Origin: Guillardia theta CCMP2712
Taxonomy: Eukaryota > Protista > Cryptophyta
NCBI RefSeq assembly: GCF_000315625.1
Contig: NW_005434661.1
Location: forward strand, 360,878 to 424,877
Length of the DNA stretch: 64,000 bases
Direction: 5' to 3'
The translations under genes and the position numbers were made by a program. Under the pieces are notes generated by a model. The model worked only from the letters and a program-made list of their open reading frames with translations, was not told the DNA's origin and made no database searches. Of this stretch, positions 23,071 through 33,908 are shown piece by piece. How positions within the stretch are numbered: position 1 is the first letter of the stretch; every line of letters begins with the position of its first letter.

Positions 23071-24022
23071 CACCACACACCAATTCTCATGATCGTAGAA
23101 TGAATCGACGATCTCGTTCCCACCCGCCAGCTCCATGCTAACAAGATCAGAGGGCAATCAATGTCAGGTAGCCATAGAGAGCGAGAGTGAATCTCACAGT
23201 TTCTCCGATTCTCCTTCCACGAAAAGATGATAATACCTGTTGTAGACCTGGGCGATAACAGTCAGTTCCACCTGCACATCAATCGTGAAGCAACGACAGT
23301 GTTCTGCTGCGATTCTTCGGTTTCAGCTCCTTCCCCCTTTTGTTTCTCTGCATCCTCCATCTGTCAGTCTTCACCATCACGAGCTGGCCAGTCCCACCAG
23401 CAAACTTATCCTGCAGCTGCCATGGTATGAAGTTGTCCTGCTGTGTGAACCCTTTCCGTCTCCCTGGATCAAAGTGTCGTCAGCTGAGAGCCTCCCAGGA
23501 GCAGGACAACCCTGCTGCTCCATCGCCCAGTTGTAGATCAGCGCCTGGCCCCCTCGTTTCAGGATGCGGAGGATCTCACGGACGGCCGCGGCCCGTCTCT
23601 CTTCAGTGGAGAGGTGGTGGATGACGGCGATGGAGATGGCGGCATCGAACGAGTCGCTGCGATACGGCAGCATCAAGTTGTCCGCCAGGCACACGTCATG
23701 CCCCATGCCCTGGCAGCACTCCACTAGTCCCCTGCTCCTATCTGATCCCATCATCAGAACCTTGGGGTTGACCTGCCATCATCGAGTCAGTCATCCGTCT
23801 CCTCCAGCCATGAGACACCTGAAGGTACTTCCCGTTGCCGCATCCCACGTCCGCCACCAGCGCTCCATCCTCAAGAGACTGAAGGAAGCTTGCAACGCGC
23901 GGCCACGGCTTGTATCGGGTATGGCTGAAGTGCCGGGCTATGGCGTCATAGACCCCATGGACATGCTCGTCTTCAAACTTGTCTGCATCGAAGGCTCCCG
24001 ATGCCGGCACCAACCCCTCCAT
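23056..24022 (-). CDS. TRM9: tRNA (carboxymethyluridine-34) methyltransferase, TRM9/ALKBH8 methyltransferase-domain type
   Basis: FEDEHVHGVYDAIARHFSHTRYKPWPRV, ADVGCGNGKY, FDAAISIAVIHHLST..RR, QQDNFIPW, VYNRYYHLFVEGE, YDHENWCVVIRKL*. Confidence 0.92.
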
Positions 24023-24694
24023 TCCGACTCCTGAGCTGACGAGCACCAACGGAAGTGATAGGGATAGGAGGAGAAGCTTGAGGGAAGCGATGATGGAACA
24101 GGGATTGTACAAGTGTAAGGAGGTCCTCTCTCCTCCCCTCCTCTTCTCCTCCCCTCCTCTTCTCCTCTCCTCTTCTTCTCCTCTCCTCTTCTTCTCCTCT
24201 CCTCTTCTTCTCCTCTCCTCTTCTTCTCTTTCAGCACAGGATCCTCTCTCCTCTCCTCTCCTGGCCCTCGTTCTCTTCAATCCAGTGCATGCTTGACCAC
24301 CCACCCCCTCAATAGTATGAGATTAGACGGGTGATGAGGTACCGGGGGTACCTCTACCGGTCTCATCTCTAGTCCTCAATCAAACATGCCGAAAGCGTAA
24401 TAGGAGGAAGAGGAGGAGGAGGAGGAGGAGGAGGAGCAGCAGCAGCAGCAGGGGGAAGCGAGGATGGAAGAGGCTTCTGAATTCTCAGGAGCTAGACGAG
24501 AGCAGAAAGGGAGAGGGGGGTAGATGGGATGTGAGGAGCTGAGCGCAAGGTTTTTCATGTACTATCAACAAGTTTGATGATAACAGAGCAAGAGAACGTG
24601 GTTAGTTTCACTTGCTGGGGTGAAACAATCATCTGCAATCAACATCATGACTTTCAACCACCGGTCATCCTTCACCAGCACACCTCTTTGTTTC

Positions 24695-25054
24695 TTATTG
24701 TTGTCTGTAATCGGGGAATTCATGTCCGCGTCCTCCGTCAGAGCTGTTCACCCAACCGTTTGAGGGATGCCAGAGCTGAAGGCGAGACAAAATGTCAGTA
24801 GACCAAGAGACAGGATGAATGGCTTACCGTCTACACCATCACAGTCGACATACAACAATGAGAAGCACAAGCAAAGTCAGTGAAAAACGAGAAAACGAAA
24901 ATGAGACAGTCCTTACGCCATAGAAATCAGCTCCAGAGCCTTGACCGTCGTCATGAGGAAACGCGTATGAGTCTCCGTCGCTGAAAGATCCTTGCATAGA
25001 GTACTGGCCATAGGTGCTAGTCGCGTACAAGGCTTGAGTGATGGTCCTGAACAT
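24695..25054 (-). CDS. 73-aa aromatic/Gly/Asp-rich peptide; exons 25054-24917, 24830-24828 (3-nt microexon) and 24775-24695
   Basis: MFRTITQALYATSTYGQYSMQGSFSDGDSYAFPHDDGQGSGADFYG-T-LWHPSNGWVNSSDGGRGHEFPDYRQQ*. Both donors are GTAAG and the acceptors are TAG and CAG. Confidence 0.65.
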
Positions 25055-25097
25055 GTTGTGAAGTCTGTCGCAATGTAATCAGATGGATCATCGACCT

Positions 25098-25764
25098 TCA
25101 ACCTCTCATCGCACAAGCAAAGTTGCTCCTTGTATGTGTCTTCCTTGTTTCTCTCCTCTCGTCTCGAATCCACATGATTCTCAGAGTCGTATCAGCTGTA
25201 GTCTGACCTTGCGCTAACATAACTCGAATCCACAACAACATTGATTGGACGACTTGCGTCGATTCTTGTAAACCTTCACACTGCTCTATCCGTTTCTCCA
25301 ATTCCATCTCAACAAGTTTCCTTGCTTGCTTGCAAACATTGCGTTGCTCCTTCACTTATCACATTATCTCGCAGACTATCACTAACAGTCCGTCCCATTG
25401 TTCAAGTCCAGCGCGCTCTCCTACGTGTGCTTCTCCCATCAGACACTCTTCCTCCTTGCAAAAGTCCCTCATCTTTCCTGAGTATGTCCTGTTCGGCAGA
25501 AATTTCGAGCAGACTGTCGGGCTGATCAATGGCAGGCTCAAATCCAACCATATCATCCTGACATTCATTGAGATCTCCTCCCGGCTCACTCATCCTCCTC
25601 GTTCTTGTCATCTTCTTGTCAGTCCTCCGATCCTCCTCCTCCGATCCTCCTCCTCTGATCCTCCTCCTCCTCTGATCCTCCTCCTCCTCTGCTCCTTCTC
25701 CTTCTCTCTCCTCAGGGCCTCCTTCTACCGCTGCAGCTCCCTGGCGGCATTGCGACACCGGCAT
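25098..25764 (-). CDS. Possible small hypothetical protein
   Basis: Short ORF segments, including a coiled-coil-like EQRNVCKQARKLVEMELEKRIEQCEGLQE, downstream of a GC-rich upstream block. Exon structure unresolved. Confidence 0.25.
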
Positions 25765-25829
25765 GGACCTAAGTTCCGAGTTCTATTTCAGAATCTCAGG
25801 GACTGAGGAGGGATGAGGGTTATGAGGGC

Positions 25830-26360
25830 TGGATGAGGTGCACCTTTGGTGACGGTGCGGGCCCGGGGGTCCGACTGTCACTCAGCTGTCACTGGTACCA
25901 GCCCTGGCAGCCAGTGGGGATGAGGGGGCTCGAGTCACACTGAGACCGTCCGGCGTACTAGTAGCGGAGCCTGGGCAAGCATTTTTGTCATCTGAGTGTT
26001 CAGTCATCTATGTAAACCGGGGCTGACACTCAGTTGACGTTTACTAGGCAGCTGAGGCGCCGCCGCGGTCACGGTACCGTGCGGCGTGACTCGGACTTGT
26101 CGAAAGGTGCTCTTCTTGAATCATGCAACTTGCCAAGCTTCGCGCTGCTTACTCTCGGAGCCTCGGATTGGCGACGTGACGCGCGGCCGCGGAAAGACTC
26201 GGACAGGCTGACCAGGAATGACTGGCGACTCGAATCCGATCGGCAACGTACTAGCCAAGAGGTACCACCAGTAGGTGTAAAGTAATTGAGCCGGCGGCAC
26301 GCAGCCTTGTCGGTACGTTCGAGCACAGGCTGCAGTAAAGCGGGGCCGGGTGAAGTAAAG
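25830..26360. promoter_or_regulatory. GC-rich palindromic intergenic block upstream of the kinase
   Basis: CTGGTACCAG (25892-25901), CACGGTACCGTG (26070-26081) and GGTACC (26261), with repeated GTCAC/ACTCAG/TGAC words. Confidence 0.4.
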
Positions 26361-26936
26361 TGCCGCCGTCAGCAACTCCTTGCAAGTCAAGTTTGGAGAA
26401 TACCAGGGAACAAGGTGAGTTCGACTCCCCCGTGAAGCAGAGCCCACCTCAGACACATTAGTAGAGAACACGAATGGCAGAATCCTGCTCCCTAGGCCTC
26501 GGCAGTTGGAGCGCGGCCCTGGTGTCCTTTACTCAGCACCAGTTTACTCCTAGAGGGGTTCGGGGGCCGCGGATTGATGACCAATCTCCCTGGGGCAGAT
26601 TACGCCAGGCAGTAAAAGGATTGATATTCTTGATCTCGTCACAAGTTCAACTGGCAAGCTATCGCTCCTACACTGCTTCCATCACAGTGCCGCACAACGT
26701 CGCAGTGCTCACAAGCCTCCCGGCCACCCGATCAGCCCTTAGAGTCCCATCCGCCCCCTGCTCTTGTTGCTTCCTCGAACTTGTGACTCCTTCCGTTCAT
26801 TCCTCGTGAACTCTTGTCTCCCCCTCCTCCTCCTCCTCATCATCATCATCATCATCATCATCATCAACCCAACCAGTCCCTTCCCCTGCTTGGTGCCCAT
26901 TTCCTCTCTGGCGTCCCCCGTGCTTGACTCCGTTCC

Positions 26937-28103
26937 ATGGTTGAAAGGATGAGCTCGATCGAGGGCTCCTGTCCTGCTGGTTTCTCTCGTACTCCCTCGT
27001 CTCTGCATGAAGATTGCCCTGTCTTCCTTGAACTCGCCTCCCATCACAACATGCTGCAGACTCTCAGCATCGAGCGGTGTCAGAACTTCATCATCCCCAG
27101 GTCTTCCCTTGTCGTCCGTGAACTCCTCGGTCAAGGCTCCTGTGGCGAGGTCAGGAGTGCTCTCTACGACGGCAGGCTTGTCGCCGTCAAGACATTGTGC
27201 TCCCAGCTCGACGTCCGCTCCAAGGAGGGCAAGGACCTGCTCAAGGAGATCGGCATGATGAGCCACGCGTTCCGGCACACCAACGTCGTTGACTTCTACG
27301 GCATCTACGAGCACGACGGGCTGCCGTGGCTGGTGATGGAGCTCATGTCCGGCGGGAGTCTCGAGCACTACTGCGAGGGCAAGAAGCGCTCCCGACGCGA
27401 CCGGCGCTGGCGGCCCAAGACGAGGAGGGCGGTGTCGTGGGTGAAGGACATCCTGAGCGCGCTGGCGTACCTGCACTCGCAGAAGCCGCCGGTGATACAC
27501 CGAGACATCAAGCCGGCGAACATGCTGCTGACGGGGGACGGGAGGACGGTGAAGATCGGAGACTTCGGGCTCAGCCGCATGTGTCCGTATGTGGATACGA
27601 TACAGGAGCAGCCCTCGAGCCCGAAGAATGCAACGTCAGCAGACGCACGGAAACGCTTGTCCTTCGCCTGTAGCAGCGTGAACCTGACTGGAGCGACGGG
27701 GACGTACCGGTACATGGCGCCGGAGATCTTCCGCGGAGAGCCTCGGTACACGGCTGCGGTTGACGTGTACTCGTTCTCGCTGGTGATGTGGTATATGTTC
27801 GCCGGCGAGCATCCCTTCTGTAACATCGACGGGTGGTCGGTTGCTTTCATGGCAGCCCAGTACGACTTTCGACCAGCAGTGCTTGGGGAGCGTATGATGC
27901 CGAGGGAGTTACAGAAGATGATGAGGCAGTCATGGGCAGGGAGGGCAGCAGAGAGACCCAGAGCAGACGAGCTCCTGGAGGAGATAGGGGCGTGGTCGGG
28001 CAGGAGAGCAGGATGCTCGAGCTTCTTCAAGTTACGGAGCCAGCCTCCAGCCTCTGACGGGATCCTAGCGTACGGTCGGTTTGTGAGGGCAAACACGTGG
28101 TGA
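26937..28103 (+). CDS. Tyrosine-kinase-like (TKL) Ser/Thr protein kinase, intronless
   Basis: LGQGSCGEV, VAVK, RHTNVVDFYG, IHRDIKPANMLL, KIGDFGLSR, TGTYRYMAPE, DVYSF, ERP in one 388-aa ORF. Confidence 0.93.
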   Translation: MVERMSSIEGSCPAGFSRTPSSLHEDCPVFLELASHHNMLQTLSIERCQNFIIPRSSLVVRELLGQGSCGEVRSALYDGRLVAVKTLCSQLDVRSKEGKDLLKEIGMMSHAFRHTNVVDFYGIYEHDGLPWLVMELMSGGSLEHYCEGKKRSRRDRRWRPKTRRAVSWVKDILSALAYLHSQKPPVIHRDIKPANMLLTGDGRTVKIGDFGLSRMCPYVDTIQEQPSSPKNATSADARKRLSFACSSVNLTGATGTYRYMAPEIFRGEPRYTAAVDVYSFSLVMWYMFAGEHPFCNIDGWSVAFMAAQYDFRPAVLGERMMPRELQKMMRQSWAGRAAERPRADELLEEIGAWSGRRAGCSSFFKLRSQPPASDGILAYGRFVRANTW

Positions 28104-28842
28104 CAAGATCTCCAGTAAACTGTTTGATCGCTTGAATGAAATTCTTCAACTTTCAACTTTCGTCTCGTCGCCACACCCTCTACCATAGATCTGATATCAT
28201 CTCTGCCAGTCAGAGCTCCAGTGAACTGAAAACTTGACTTCCAAAGTTCACTGGGCAATGAAAAGAGGCAATGAAAGTTCATGGTGTAAAAAGAGGTCAA
28301 TTCAAGTTCCTGGTACTAATAATTTTAGTCATCTCAAGATTGGATGACTGGGGGCCGCGGCAGAAAAGATTTCGATTAAAATGGTTATGACAATCATGAC
28401 AAAAATCATCTATCACTTAAAATTGACCTGCTATTTTTTAAAATAACTCTAATTCGCCCGGGCGAACTTCCGAAGTTCGGGGACCGTGCGCCCTGGGCCC
28501 TGACTCAGTGACACGGTGCCGCCTGGCATCACTGATTGAAAAATGCAGTGTGACTGATCGGTTGGTGCTAGTTGGCTGATCATCGGATCGTGTTCCGTGA
28601 AGGTTTGATCAACAAGATCAGACTTACATTCCTCCGCAGAAAGACATGATCTTGGGCTTGATTACCAAGCCCAAAAACTCGCAGAGGAGGTTGATAATCA
28701 TGAGTTCTGGCCTATTGCCGTTCGAGCAGAGCAACTCGAGAAGAGCAACATAACTGAAGAGAGTCGAGCTCTTCTACTCCACATTCATGGAATTCTTGAC
28801 CGAGTACTCGAATGCAATCGAGGACTTTGCGGTGTGCAGAGA

Positions 28843-28940
28843 GGAGCCTTGCTATCCTCTAGTAGCTGGAGCCTTGCTATCCCCCTACTCAGATAGCAGG
28901 AGCCTTGCCGCTATCCCCTACTCAGGCAGCAGGAGCCTTT
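28843..28940. repeat. Degenerate tandem repeat with core GGAGCCTTGCTATCC (4 copies)
   Basis: Directly visible. Confidence 0.8.
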
Positions 28941-29119
28941 AACCGCTGTCCTCTAGTGTCTCCGGCGGCCACCCGGCTGGACTTTGATGCCAAGGGTGTG
29001 GAAAGGAACTCAGTCTGGGGGAGAGAGATACCAGGACAGAGATGGAAGGGAAGGCAGAGGTAAGTGGGAGAGTTCTCAGTCAACATTTGACAGTTTACAA
29101 CTTCACGATCATCCAAACT

Positions 29120-32100
29120 CTAGTCTGGTGAGAGGCAGAGCAAGTAGCTCGTTCGCTCTCCTGCCGCCATCTGCACATGAAAGCCGCGGAACGGGCTCTT
29201 CTTCGTGTCGTCTCCTCCTCCCACAAACTGAAGGCGAGGCGTCAGCGAACAAGAGCTCCTGCCTGCTCCTCCACCTGAGGGGAGAAAGCCGGGGCCGTGA
29301 TGCGGTTCGTGACTCCGAGCTGACCTGCCGCGTTGCTGCCCCAGGCGAACGCAAAGCCTTCGGCGCAGAAGAGAAGCACATGCTCGCTCCCGCACTGGAC
29401 TTGCCGTGGGCTGAAGCTGGAGACGCTGGCGACCTCCAAGGGGCTGAAGCTGAGCTCTAGAAGGAGACGGCGATCAGTGAGGAGGAAGGAGGAGGAGGCG
29501 TGAAGCTCACTTAGGCCGTCATTTCCCGCTCCTAGCACGCCATTGCGGTTACTCCCGCACGCCCAGACCCTGTACACTCCTGGCTCTAGGTCACTCTTCC
29601 TCTCGCACGTGATGATGACGGTCGCGTTGGTCGCACAGCTGCGATTCCAAGGCATCATGAGACGAGGAGGAGGAGGAAGAAGAGCAGGAAGAGCAGGAGC
29701 CAAAGACGAGGCAGAGGAAGATGAGGACGAGATAGACGAGGAGCAGGACGAGGCAGAGGAGGACGAGGAAGAGGTGCAGGACGAAGCATGACGAGAACGA
29801 AGAGCAAGACGAAGACGGGGAGCAGGAGCAGGAGGACGGGGAAGAGGGGGAGGAGTCAGGGTCGCCTCACCTAACATCTACAACGGGCGGCAGGCAAGAG
29901 AGGGGACGAGGATAGCCGCATGAGCTCACGTCTCCTGTCCCCAGCTGACCCTGGCGAGAACTCCCGCATACCCACAAGATCCCGTCGCCGGTCAGGACAG
30001 CGCTGTGACTTTGACCTGCGGCAAGGCGGCTGACGGCATGTTTCTGGAGAGAGTCTGCAAGCTGCTGCATGTTGTGGGCGTCTTGTGAGGTGTGAGGACG
30101 GGCGAATGTTGAGCAGACGTCTCCCCAGGCCACAGGCGTCTTGCACATGTCTGCATGGTCAGCGAGTTACGGAGAAAGAAGAACGAGAGAGAAGAGGAGG
30201 AGAGGGAGAGGGAAGGGAAGAAGAGGATGAGGAGAGGAGGGGAGGGAGAGGGAAGGGAAGAAGAGGATGAGAAGAGGAGGGGAGGGGAGAGGAGAGGGAG
30301 ATGAGAGGAGGGGAAAGGAGAGGAGAACACAAGAAACATCAAGCAGAAATTCACCTGTCGAACCATTTCCGCATTGTCCGTGAGCATTGTTTCCCCACGC
30401 CATGATGGCCTTCCTCCCATCAAGGAGGACCCAGGCCAAGTTGTGATTGGAACCAGACGTTATCATGAGACCTTTCTTGCCTCTCAAGCTCTTGACGTGC
30501 TGAGGTGAGGAGCAGGTGTGTTGGTGGCCCAGCCCAAGTTGGAAGTCCACGTTGCGACCCCACGTGTAGATGTCTCCAGTCTGCATGAGAGCACAAGAAT
30601 GCTCCGAGCCCGCGGCGACCTGCGGAGAAATGAGGAGGAGAGGAGACAGGAGAGAGGTGATGTTGAAGGGTGGGAAGGAGGCAGACACAATGTGCCTGAC
30701 CAAACGGAGGAAGGAGTTAAGGGGAGGAGGAGGAGGAGAAGGAGGAGGAAGAGGAGGAGGAGGAGGAGGTGAGAGGAGGAGGAGGAGGAGGAGGAGGAGG
30801 AGGAGGAGGAGGAGGAGGAGGAGCTGAGAGGAGGGGCGAGGAGGGGAGAGGAGGAAGAGGAAAGGGCAACGGACCATAGCGGCAGGCCCTTGAATGTCGT
30901 AGAGCATCGTAAGTCGCTCAGGGGCTGTCAACGTCTTTGTCCCCTCGATGCCAAGTTGACCTGACCCGTTTGACCCCCAGCCCCACAGATAGCCCTCCGA
31001 GTCAACTGCCAGCGTGTGCTCGAGCCCAGCTGCGAGGAAGGAGATTCCTCTACGAGTCAGCTCGCTGTGCTGGAAGGCAGCTGGGGTGAAGTTGTACTGG
31101 CCCCTCTCGAACCCGCAGACGTACAGGACGGACTTGTGGGAGCGGGCGCTGGCCGTGGGAGGAGGAGAGGAGTGGGGAAGGGGAGATGGCGAGTCCTTGG
31201 TGGCAGGGAGGGCCTGTTGCTCCTTCTTGTAGGGGGGACTGTTGACTTCGCTCCGGTCGGCTGCTTTGAGATCGACGAGGATCTGCCGGGAGAGAGATTT
31301 GGGGATGGAGAGCTTGAAAAGTCTGTTGTCCTTCTCCCCCCTGCAGTCCGGCCGGGTCTTGCGAGCATGTCAGCCAGCGCAGTGCGAGCATGAGGCGTTT
31401 CACCCCTTTCCTCAGGCAGGCGCGGCAGATCGGTATCCCCCGACAGGAGTAGTTCCCTCCGAACAGGAGGAGAGGTATGGTTGTACTCTCTGCAGCGGAG
31501 CTCAGGAAGAGTTCCGCCCGCCTCCTCCTCCTCTTCCCTTGCTATTTCTCTTCTTCTTCCTCCTCCTCCTCCCTTACCATTTCTCCTCCTCCTCCTCGTC
31601 CTCCTCCTCCTCTCTTGTCCTTCTCCTCCTCTCTTGTCCTCCTCCTCCTCCTCTCCTTCTTCTTCTCCTCCTCCGCTGGACCTGGCGGAGATGGGAGAGT
31701 GACCATGACGTGGCTCGAGACTCTCAGCGACGGAACTATGGATTCTGACATCGACAGCTTTCACCCCGTCAGCTCAGGATGCGCCACGAGTCGACTAACC
31801 TCGCTCCAAGTCCAGTGCGACGGGTTGAGGAGGTAAACAGCTCCGTTCTTCTCTCCTCCTCCCAGCTCTCCCCCTGCTCAGCTCTCACCAGGAGTCATCC
31901 TTGGAAGTGTCAAGTTCACCAGTCATGATGAGCAGCTGTCGGTCGAGGAGGAGGAGGCTGGAGAGAGCATGGCGCGAGACAGGTCGGGGAAGCTGAACAT
32001 GCCACGGGCAGAATTGAGCGCAAACATGCGGGAGGTGGAATGTTACCTGACCGCTACAAGCTGGTTCCGACCATGACATGCTGCTTGCAAAAGTGAGTTC

Positions 32101-33659
32101 CGATCGTGAAGAATGAAGAGGAGGGAGGCAGACGTGGAGGAGTGGAAAACGAACACATCGTTGTATCTCTTGAAACCATCCTGCAGCTTTCCCCTTAGCT
32201 CCTTCCATCGCAGCTTTTGTCTCACCTCTCCCCCGAAGAAGACAACATCTTGGTCATCATTGATTGCAACACATGCATGCGCATAGCTGAAACCAAACGT
32301 CAATCTCACCTTTCATTCTCTCACGTCCTCCTTTCCTCTCGTATCCCCTTGTCTCCTCTTTCCCCCTCCCCTCCCCTCCTCACCGAGGGGTAGGAGCGCA
32401 GGCTCCATGGTAGCACTGCACTGCATGCACGTGTGGCTTGCGACAACGTCAGTCACCGTCGCTCATCGCAGCCTCCTCCACCTGCTTCCATCTCCACCCC
32501 CTGCCCGGACGTCAGAGATGACAAGGAAGAGGCTCACGACCTGGATCCCTCCTCCTCGCAAGGCTCCAGTAGGTGGACATCGCAGACAGGACTGACCAGC
32601 TGAGGACAGGGTCAGCAGAGACGCTCGCTCCCATCCTCTAAGAGGCTTCACTGCTCCTTCCTTTCGCCCTCCTCTCTCTTGTTACCTCAAGCCCTCCCAT
32701 CATCAAGACGCCTTGCTTCGTGTTCGCTGCTGCGCAGGCACTACGGGGGGAGGGCGCTGCGAGAATCGTCAGGAACAGACGACGTGGACTGCAAAGTTCG
32801 GACGTGTTCCACGGGCCTCGTTCACTGACCAAGTCATGGAGTCGAAGTCCAGGATGTACAAGTCGTTCTGCAGTCTCATCTCATACGGTGAAGAGTTGCC
32901 TATCTTACATCCTCCTGCTCAAATTCTTATCATACATGCTACTACTCCGATGCTCTCCAGTTGCTGGCAACTCCTACCCCTCAACTCTCCAACCTCCTCC
33001 TCCGACCTTCTCACCTTCGGTTCGCCTCCCAGACCATATCCACCGAACACAACCAGCGAGGCGGCTGGGAAGGGGTGAGTGAAGAGCAGCAAGGAGTGCC
33101 TCTACGGGGCAGCCTCTACCTCGCTGCCTCCTCTCGCACGCCGGCACGTACACCATGCAGTGACCAGATCGCCCGAGGCTCCTGCGCTCTTGTCACGGTC
33201 CTCCTCCTCCCTGCCCCCTCCCTCTTACGTCACCTCAGATCAAGACCAGCAGGGAAGGCGGTAGGAACCTGCCAGCAGCGCAGTTGGAGGAGGGAGGAGG
33301 AGGAGGAGGAGGAGGAGGAGGACGAGGAGCGAGGAGGAGCGAGGAGGAGCGAGGAGGAGAAGGGGGAGGGAGAGGGAGGGAGGAGGTAGAGGCACTAGTC
33401 CTCTCCTTACCTGCAGCCATTGCCACTGAGCTCGCTTCGAGTATGCAGGAAACCTCTGCGCGAGCATGCCCTGGGTATCCAGCACGTAGAGATGCGGATC
33501 GCAGGAGATTCTTGTGCTCTCCCCTCCGAAGACCGCGAAGCCAAGATGCGTCAAGGCTCCTCCATGGCTCGAGCGATGGCTCGGCCGCCATTCCCCGTCG
33601 TCCACGTCGAGCGACCGCGAGAGTAGAGCGGCATGAGCCAGAGCGACGCTACACGCCAT
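29120..33659 (-). CDS. Kelch-repeat + RCC1-repeat protein, multi-exon; start may be up to ~33875
   Basis: Kelch: PSHRSSHGG..FAVFGGE, NDLYILDFDSMTW, PSPRSACAAA..LMMGG, YAHAC..VFFGGE, PRPVSRHAL. RCC1: AAGLEHTLAV..LWGWGSNGSGQLG, VAAGSEHSCAL..YTWGRNVDFQLGLG, LAAGQSHSAVL..WVCGSSRQGQLG, FAWGSNAAGQLG. Confidence 0.75.
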
Positions 33660-33908
33660 GGCGACCCGTTTGACTTCTTTTTTGGTGCTGCTGTCCTGAT
33701 GTGCAGGAAGGGGAGGAGGAAGGGGAGGGGGGGAAGGGAGCGGGAGGGGGGCAGGCTGGAGGCTCCTACAACGTATGAGCGAATGACGAGGACAGGAGGA
33801 GGAGGAGGAGGAGGAGGAGGAGGAGGAGGAGGAGGAGGAGGAGGAGGAAGGGAAGTAACGCTGGGACATGTACATTGACTGTCATTACATTTACATCAAA
33901 AACGCAGA

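Noticed and set aside
27368-28300. Long antisense ORFs opposite the kinase (also opposite ATP9, GH20 and the LRR gene)
   Set aside because: Shadow ORFs caused by GC3 codon bias; no recognisable domains.
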